Shown here one piece after another: positions 8,443 through 13,288 of a stretch of DNA of 13,288 nucleotides. The notes beneath the pieces are model-generated. The model worked only from the letters and a program-made list of their open reading frames with translations, was not told the origin of the DNA and ran no database searches. The number at the start of each line of letters is the position of its first letter. Position 1 is the first letter of the stretch. This DNA comes from Acidobacteriota bacterium. GTDB lineage: Bacteria > Acidobacteriota > Thermoanaerobaculia > Multivoradales > UBA5704. The position numbers and the translations under genes were made by a program. The stretch is taken from assembly GCA_040005235.1 (NCBI GenBank), contig JBDTZG010000103.1:1-13288 (forward strand), written 5' to 3'.

Positions 8443-9051
8443 ATGAAGATCGAAGAGATGATCGCCGCGGTCCAGAAGAAGCTCGGCGTCGACGTGGACG
8501 GTCGGGCCGGGTCGGAAACCTGGGGCGCCATCTACGCCCAGATCGTCAAACCGACCATAGGCGGCCTACCGCCCGGCGAGGCCATCGACGAAGGGGACCC
8601 TCGGAGCGAGAGGAACATCGCCACCCTGCTCCCAGAGGTTCAGCCTGAGGCTCGCGCCCTGATCCAAAAGGCGGCGCAGAACGGCATTCGGATCAAAATC
8701 ATCAGCGGCCTCAGAACCTTTGCCGAGCAGGATGCGCTGTTCGCCCAGGGCCGCACCGACTCGGGATCGATCGTCACCAATGCCCGCGGCGGATTCTCGA
8801 ACCACAATTTCGGCATCGCGTTCGACGTAGGGGTTTTCGAGGCAAACAAATACCTGCCGGAATCGGTCAAGTACAAGGCCGTGGGTGTGTTGGGGTCGGA
8901 GCTTGGGCTCGAATGGGGCGGGAACTGGAAGACGATCGTGGATCAACCGCACTTCCAGCTCAGGCCGTCCTGGGCTGACGAGCTCTCCGAGCGGGAGATG
9001 CTCGCAGAGCTCCGAGAACGGCACGCCGCAGGCACCCCGGTCTTTTCATGA
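8443..9051 (+). CDS. M15 family Zn metallopeptidase (CwlK/Ply118-like L-Ala-D-Glu peptidoglycan peptidase) with a short N-terminal PG-binding-like segment
   Basis: ATG at 8443 follows SD aaggag. Motifs: SGLRTFAEQDALFAQGR, VTNARGGFSNHNFGIAFD (SxHxxGxAxD), LEWGGNW and DQPHFQ. N-terminal VQKKLGVDVDGRAGSETW resembles the PG_binding_1 DGxxGxxT motif. Confidence 0.9.
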   Translation: MKIEEMIAAVQKKLGVDVDGRAGSETWGAIYAQIVKPTIGGLPPGEAIDEGDPRSERNIATLLPEVQPEARALIQKAAQNGIRIKIISGLRTFAEQDALFAQGRTDSGSIVTNARGGFSNHNFGIAFDVGVFEANKYLPESVKYKAVGVLGSELGLEWGGNWKTIVDQPHFQLRPSWADELSEREMLAELRERHAAGTPVFS

Positions 9052-9113
9052 AGCCGCGGCTTCGATAGACATCGCGCCAGGGCCGGCAATCGCCTCCCTG
9101 GCGTTCTTTTCGC

Positions 9114-9263
9114 CTACACCGTTCGCGGGCCGCGAACGAAATGGACAATCGCCGCAATGACGGCGATGATGATCAAAAGGTGGATCAGGCCACCGGCCAC
9201 ATGGAAGACGGCGAATCCGAGAATCCAAGCGACGAAGAGCACGAGAGCGAGGCCAAGTAACAT
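9114..9263 (-). CDS. Small membrane protein, lmo0937/DUF5670-like (49 aa)
   Basis: ATG at 9263 follows SD aaggag. Sequence MLLGLALVLFVAWILGFAVFHVAGGLIHLLIIIAVIAAIVHFVRGPRTV carries the family pattern WxLG...GGLIHxLL. Confidence 0.88.
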   Translation of the reverse strand: MLLGLALVLFVAWILGFAVFHVAGGLIHLLIIIAVIAAIVHFVRGPRTV

Positions 9264-9663
9264 TGGGCTTCTCCTTGGAAGCGCATTCGGCATTGAGCCA
9301 AGATGCGTGTGCTCCCGATTGTGCAAGGTCGGCGCCAGGGGGACGGGCGTTTTTCGGGCTCGCCGCTGCTAGAGCTTTCCGCCGGAGCGGAAATCGTCGG
9401 AAAAATTAGCAGGGCGGGCTCTGTCGTAACGCTTGCAGGCAGGATTCCCCCTACCGACCCTTCGCCGCAGCCTCGATCGCCTCGTCGCGGCTTACTCGAA
9501 GTCGGATGCCTCGTCTCCGCCCTCCCACCGCCCGGGAGAGGTGGACCCGTCCGGCCCAACGGGCCGGACTCTTGGGTTTGCCGGTGCCGCCTCCTCGCTG
9601 TCGATGCCGAGGTAGGCACCGTTCCGGTGTCAATCCACCGATCGAGGCGAAGTTTTCTAACTC

Positions 9664-9700
9664 TTGGCGTCGGAATCGACGAGAGGTATACTTACGGGCC
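9664..9700 (+). promoter_or_regulatory. Sigma70-type promoter giving a near-leaderless transcript of the HTH gene
   Basis: TTGGCG (9664-9669), 17-bp spacer, TATACT (9687-9692), 8 nt, then ATG at 9701. Confidence 0.6.
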
Positions 9701-10306
9701 ATGAAAAAGAAAGAGAGCCCTCCGGAGCCGGTCCTGCGCCCCAAGGTCACACGCGGCAAGAAGCCGCGCAAACGGAAGATGGCCCCGGTGGAGCGGGCGC
9801 GCTGGCTGCTGGGCCACCTGATCCAGATGGCCGGCCAGGGACGGCGCGACGTCGACGAGCGGCTCGGCCTGACCCGCGGCCAGGTGAGCCAGGTGCTCAC
9901 CGGCCGGGTCTCGCTCAAGCTCGAGATGATCCTGCTGATCCTCGACGAGGTCGGCATGGAGCCGGCGATGTTTTTCAAGCTGCTGTTCGAGCTGCCGGAC
10001 GAAGGCGACAACCCGTTCCTCGCGCTGCTCTACCGCAAGATGCTCGAAAGCGGCGCGATGAAACCCGAGCACCTGATCCCCCCGTCCGAACCGGCGCCGA
10101 TTCCGGAGGATGAACTGCGGCGCCTGGTACGCGAGGAGCTGAAAGACGTCCTCGCCCTGGCCAAACGAACACCCTCCCGCGCCAAACGCCTGGCTGCAGA
10201 GCGCAAAAAGACCGAGCCCTTGATCGGCGACATCGTGAAAAAGATCAAGCGCAGGCGCGCCAAGAAAGAGCCGCCGGAAAAGCCGCCACCGAAGCCGAAG
10301 GACTGA
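9701..10306 (+). CDS. XRE/Cro-like helix-turn-helix protein with Lys/Arg/Pro-rich termini (201 aa)
   Basis: GQGRRDVDERLGLTRGQVSQVLTGRVSLKLEMILLILDEVGMEPAMFF fits the XRE HTH pattern. Codons have strong third-position GC bias. Start placed at ATG 9701, behind the predicted promoter. Confidence 0.8.
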   Translation: MKKKESPPEPVLRPKVTRGKKPRKRKMAPVERARWLLGHLIQMAGQGRRDVDERLGLTRGQVSQVLTGRVSLKLEMILLILDEVGMEPAMFFKLLFELPDEGDNPFLALLYRKMLESGAMKPEHLIPPSEPAPIPEDELRRLVREELKDVLALAKRTPSRAKRLAAERKKTEPLIGDIVKKIKRRRAKKEPPEKPPPKPKD

Positions 10307-10390
10307 GCTGCCCCCAGAGAAGCACCGCGAAGGTCGCGAGTATCGATCCGCCGGGTCCCAGGCTAAGACATTTGTTTCCTGTTCTTTGAA

Positions 10391-10461
10391 CGCAGACTCC
10401 GGGGACCGCTTCCCCAGGCTCCGGCAGCGGAGCTCAGGCCGCGGGAAGCGGGCGGAGTGCG
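10391..10461. other. Long nested hairpin directly upstream of the 21-bp array
   Basis: Perfect nested stems actccg/cggagt (10396-10401/10453-10458), ccgcttccc/gggaagcgg (10406-10414/10443-10451) and gctccg/cggagc (10418-10423/10428-10433), with a gcag loop. Confidence 0.65.
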
Positions 10462-10464
10462 CCG

Positions 10465-10737
10465 TGTACAGGTGCACAGCGTCCGGGCACGACTGCAAAG
10501 TTGCGGCGCACATGTGCATTGCGGCTGCGCACAGGTGCATCGGCGAATTGCACAGGTGCACTGGCGGATTGCACAGCTGCAAAATGCCGGCGCACCTCTG
10601 CAAAATCGCCGCGCATAGGTGCACTGGGCCGTTGCACCGATGCAAAATTCCAGTGCGCATGTGCACCGCTGGATTGCACGAGTGCACGGCTCCGTGGCAC
10701 ATCGGCAAAACCTCAGCGTACCGCTGCAAAACGGTCC
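10465..10737. repeat. 21-bp-period array: 13 x (12-bp palindrome YGCAC-NN-STGCA + variable 9-bp spacer)
   Basis: Cores at 10465 tgtacaggtgca, 10486 ggcacgactgca, 10507 cgcacatgtgca, 10528 cgcacaggtgca, 10549 tgcacaggtgca, 10570 tgcacagctgca, 10591 cgcacctctgca, 10612 cgcataggtgca, 10633 tgcaccgatgca, 10654 tgcgcatgtgca, 10675 tgcacgagtgca, 10696 ggcacatcggca and 10717 cgtaccgctgca. No indels; all spacers differ. Confidence 0.95.
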
Positions 10738-10738
10738 C

Positions 10739-10768
10739 TTGCGCCGCCCGCCAGCCTTCTGCTAGTCT
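10739..10768 (+). promoter_or_regulatory. Predicted rpmB promoter
   Basis: TTGCGC (10739-10744), 18-bp spacer ending in TGc, then TAGTCT (10763-10768, extended -10), about 70 nt upstream of the rpmB ATG. Confidence 0.5.
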
Positions 10769-10838
10769 CCGCGTTCCTTTCGGGGTGGGCGCCGTAGTGT
10801 GCTCAACTCCCAAGCAGGCAGCGAATCAGGAGAAGCAC

Positions 10839-11066
10839 ATGGCCAAGCAATGCGAAATCTGCGGCAAGGGCACGAAGTTCGGCCGCAATGTCAGCCACGC
10901 CCACAACGTCACCCCGCGGACTCTCGAAGCGAATTTGCAGCGGGTCCGCGCGTTGGTCGAGGGCACCGTCCGCCGGGTTCTCGTCTGCACCCGTTGTATC
11001 CGCAGCGGCGCGATCACCAAGCCGCCCGTGCGTACTTGGACCCCCGAGCAGACCGCCGCGAAGTGA
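10839..11066 (+). CDS. rpmB: 50S ribosomal protein L28 (bL28), zinc-ribbon (C+) type
   Basis: MAKQCEICGKGTKFGRNVSHAHNVTPRTLEANLQRVR...VCTRCIRSG is the L28 signature. SD aggag precedes ATG 10839; 75 aa. Confidence 0.97.
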   Translation: MAKQCEICGKGTKFGRNVSHAHNVTPRTLEANLQRVRALVEGTVRRVLVCTRCIRSGAITKPPVRTWTPEQTAAK

Positions 11067-11080
11067 AGTAAGGAACGCTT

Positions 11081-11140
11081 GGCGGGGTCCGCGTCGTCGG
11101 ATCCCGCGAGAGTCTCCCCGCCTGGGGCTATCCCCAAAAA
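11081..11140. terminator. Hairpins between convergent rpmB and rel, possible terminator region
   Basis: gcggggtccg/cggatcccgc stem (11082-11107, one G-U pair) and tgggg/cccca (11123-11136). Neither has a correctly placed U-tract. Confidence 0.3.
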
Positions 11141-13288
11141 CTACAGCGAGTCGTCCGATCCCGCGCCGGTCATTCGGCGTTCGACCCGGCGTACCCCGGA
11201 GATCGAGCGGACGATGCGGAGCAGCTTGTCCAGGTGCTTGCGGTCGCGCAGCTCGACCACGGCTTCCACCCGGGCGTGCTCCCCTTCGGTTTCGGCCGAT
11301 ATCTGCGAGATGTTGCTCTCCGCTTTGGTGATCGCCTCGGTGACGCGGGCGAGCACCCCCGGCTGATTGTCGGCTTCCATGGTGAGGGCGATGCGGTAGC
11401 GGTCTTCGCTCCGGCGTGCCCATTCGACTTCGATCTCGCGATCCGGGTTGTAGAGAAGGTTGCGGACGTTCGGGCAGTCGGCGGAATGCACCGAGACCCC
11501 TCGGCCTCGCGTGACGTAGCCGATGATGTCCTCGCCGGGGAGCGGGTTGCAGCACTTGGCGAGGTAGGCGAGCAGATCCCCCTGGCCTTTCACCAAGATC
11601 GGACCGTTGCCGAACGGCAACAGCCGGCCGACCGCCTGGCGTAGCGGGCTTGGCTTGCTGATCGGGACCTCGGTGAGCCGGTCATCGCCCACCACGCGGG
11701 TGAGCACCTGGCGGACTTCGATCTTGCCGAAGCCGATCCGCGCGAGCAGGTCGTCCGGCTTGCCGATCCCCTCCTCCGCGGTGTACTTCGCCAGTTCCGC
11801 GCTCTCCAGAACCTTTTTCGGATTGAGCTTGTAGCGCCGCGCTTCTTTTTCGAAGATCCGGCGGCCGATCTCCATCGCGCGCAGTTTCTGCTCGACGTTC
11901 AGCCACTGGCGGATCTTGCTCTTCGCCCGCGAGGTGACCACGAACGACAGCCAGTCCCGGCTTGGCTGGCGGCCGGTGGTGCTCAAGATCTCGACCAGAT
12001 CGCCGTTTTGGAGCGCGGTCCGGATCGGCACCAGGCGGCCGTTCACCCGCGCGCCGGAGCATTGGTGTCCCAGGTCGGTATGGACGTGGTAGGCGAAATC
12101 GAGCGGGGTGGCGCCGCGCGGGAAGGCGAACACCTCTCCCTTGGGGCTGAAGACGTAGACCTCGTCGGGGTAGAGGTCCACTTTGAGCGCGGTGAGGAAA
12201 GCCCGCGAGTCCGGCACCTCCTGCTGCCATTCGAGCAGCTGGCGCAGCCAGACCACGTTGTCGCCGTCCTTTTCGCGCACGCCCGGCCGGCCCTCTTTGT
12301 AGCGCCAGTGGGCGGCGATCCCTTCTTCGGCGATCAGATCCATGTCTCGCGTGCGGATCTGGACCTCGAACGGCTGGCCCCCTTCGCCCACCACCGTGGT
12401 GTGGAGCGACTGGTAGAGGTTCGGCTTCGGCATCGCGATGTAATCTTTGAATCGGCCCGGGATGGGTCGCCACCCCTGGTGGACGATTCCCAAAGCTCCG
12501 TAGGTGTCGCGCATGCTGCCGGTGACGATGCGAAACGCCAGATAGTCGTAGAGCTGGGAGATGTCGATCCCCTGGCGGCGAAGCTTCTCGTAGATCGAGT
12601 AGTAGCGTTTGATCCGGAAGCTGATCTCGGCCTCGATGCCCGCGGCTTCGAGCGTTCGCGAGAGCCTGTCGCGCACGCGCAGGGTGAGCGATTCGCCGAG
12701 TTTTTTCTTTTCCTCGATCTTCGAGTAGAGCTCGGCGTACTGGAGTGGAAACAGGTGGTAGAAGGCGAGGTCTTCGAGATCTCCTTTGACCCGCGACATA
12801 CCCAGCCGGTGCGCGATCGGAGCGTAGATCTCCAGGGTTTCCCGCGAGATCCGCTGCCGCGCTTCGACCGCCAGATGTTCGAGCGTCTGCATGTTGTGCA
12901 GCCGGTCGGCGAGCTTGATCACGATCACCCGGATGTCCTTGGCCGAGGCGAGGATCATCTTGCGGAAGGTCTCAGCCTGCGCGTCGTCGCGGCGGACGTA
13001 TTCGTGCCGGCCGATCTTGGTGACGCCGTCGACCAGCTCGGCCACTTCGAGGCCGAATTCCGCCTCCAGGATCTCGCGCGTGGTGAGGGTGTCTTCGATC
13101 ACGTCGTGCAGCAGGCCGACCGCCGCGCAGACCTGGTCGAACTTCAGCTCGGCGAGTAGGAAGGAGACCTGGAGCGGGTGGATCATGAACGGCTCGCCGG
13201 AGCGGCGAAGCTGATCCCCGTGCATGCGCAGCGAGAAATCGTAGACCGCGCGCAGAAAGCTCTCGTCGACCGGCCGGCCGGCGAGGCC
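11141..13288 (-). CDS. rel: Bifunctional (p)ppGpp synthetase/hydrolase, RelA/SpoT family (5' end outside the window)
   Basis: The frame stays open from the window edge (GLAGRPVDESFLRAVYDFSLRMHGDQLRRSGEPF...). HD hydrolase LLHDVIED; synthetase motifs RIKRYYSIYEK, RFKDYIAMPKPNLYQSLHTT and EVQIRT; TGS (FPRGATPLDFAYHVHT); zinc finger CCNP...HSADC; C-terminal ACT domain. Confidence 0.97.
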   Translation of the reverse strand, partial: GLAGRPVDESFLRAVYDFSLRMHGDQLRRSGEPFMIHPLQVSFLLAELKFDQVCAAVGLLHDVIEDTLTTREILEAEFGLEVAELVDGVTKIGRHEYVRRDDAQAETFRKMILASAKDIRVIVIKLADRLHNMQTLEHLAVEARQRISRETLEIYAPIAHRLGMSRVKGDLEDLAFYHLFPLQYAELYSKIEEKKKLGESLTLRVRDRLSRTLEAAGIEAEISFRIKRYYSIYEKLRRQGIDISQLYDYLAFRIVTGSMRDTYGALGIVHQGWRPIPGRFKDYIAMPKPNLYQSLHTTVVGEGGQPFEVQIRTRDMDLIAEEGIAAHWRYKEGRPGVREKDGDNVVWLRQLLEWQQEVPDSRAFLTALKVDLYPDEVYVFSPKGEVFAFPRGATPLDFAYHVHTDLGHQCSGARVNGRLVPIRTALQNGDLVEILSTTGRQPSRDWLSFVVTSRAKSKIRQWLNVEQKLRAMEIGRRIFEKEARRYKLNPKKVLESAELAKYTAEEGIGKPDDLLARIGFGKIEVRQVLTRVVGDDRLTEVPISKPSPLRQAVGRLLPFGNGPILVKGQGDLLAYLAKCCNPLPGEDIIGYVTRGRGVSVHSADCPNVRNLLYNPDREIEVEWARRSEDRYRIALTMEADNQPGVLARVTEAITKAESNISQISAETEGEHARVEAVVELRDRKHLDKLLRIVRSISGVRRVERRMTGAGSDDSL

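Noticed and set aside
9114-9263. Small membrane protein as a holin for the M15 peptidase
   Set aside because: It is convergent rather than co-transcribed, and it matches the widespread lmo0937-like pattern, which has no holin role known to me.
9540-9590. c-di-GMP-I riboswitch (minus-strand GGCAAACCC)
   Set aside because: The downstream GCAAAGC/P2 elements and tetraloop-receptor arrangement are missing.
10363-10385. Minus-strand AGGA followed by ATG-TCT-TAG micro-ORF beside the array hairpin (a similar ATG-GTT-TAG lies at 10..2)
   Set aside because: Two-codon ORFs arise readily by chance, and there is no independent support.
10465-10737. CRISPR array
   Set aside because: The 12-bp degenerate repeats and 9-bp spacers are far below CRISPR sizes, and no cas genes are in the window.
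9692-10813. 373-aa minus-strand ORF through the array and HTH gene
   Set aside because: Mostly antisense to the HTH gene, and its HxC repeats are explained by the DNA palindrome.
12008-13214. Plus-strand ORFs (383 and 107 aa) opposite rel
   Set aside because: Antisense shadows of a conserved gene.

Overview
High-GC bacterial chromosomal window; gene style is loosely suggestive of Acidobacteriota, which is an unverified inference. Left to right it holds a minus-strand TetR-TolC-EmrA-EmrB efflux operon with a palindromic operator, two tandem paralogous polytopic membrane proteins (possibly GT-C fold), a divergent M15 peptidoglycan peptidase, a 49-aa lmo0937-like membrane protein, a hairpin-rich intergenic region, an XRE-like HTH protein with basic tails, rpmB (L28) and a 5'-truncated rel/spoT gene. 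The most unusual element is an intergenic array at 10465-10737: 13 units in exact 21-bp register, each a 12-bp palindrome (YGCAC-NN-STGCA) plus a variable 9-bp spacer. It is preceded by a long hairpin and abuts the predicted rpmB promoter. A second array with a different motif and a 20-bp period lies at 51-160. All calls come from reading motifs by eye; no searches were run.
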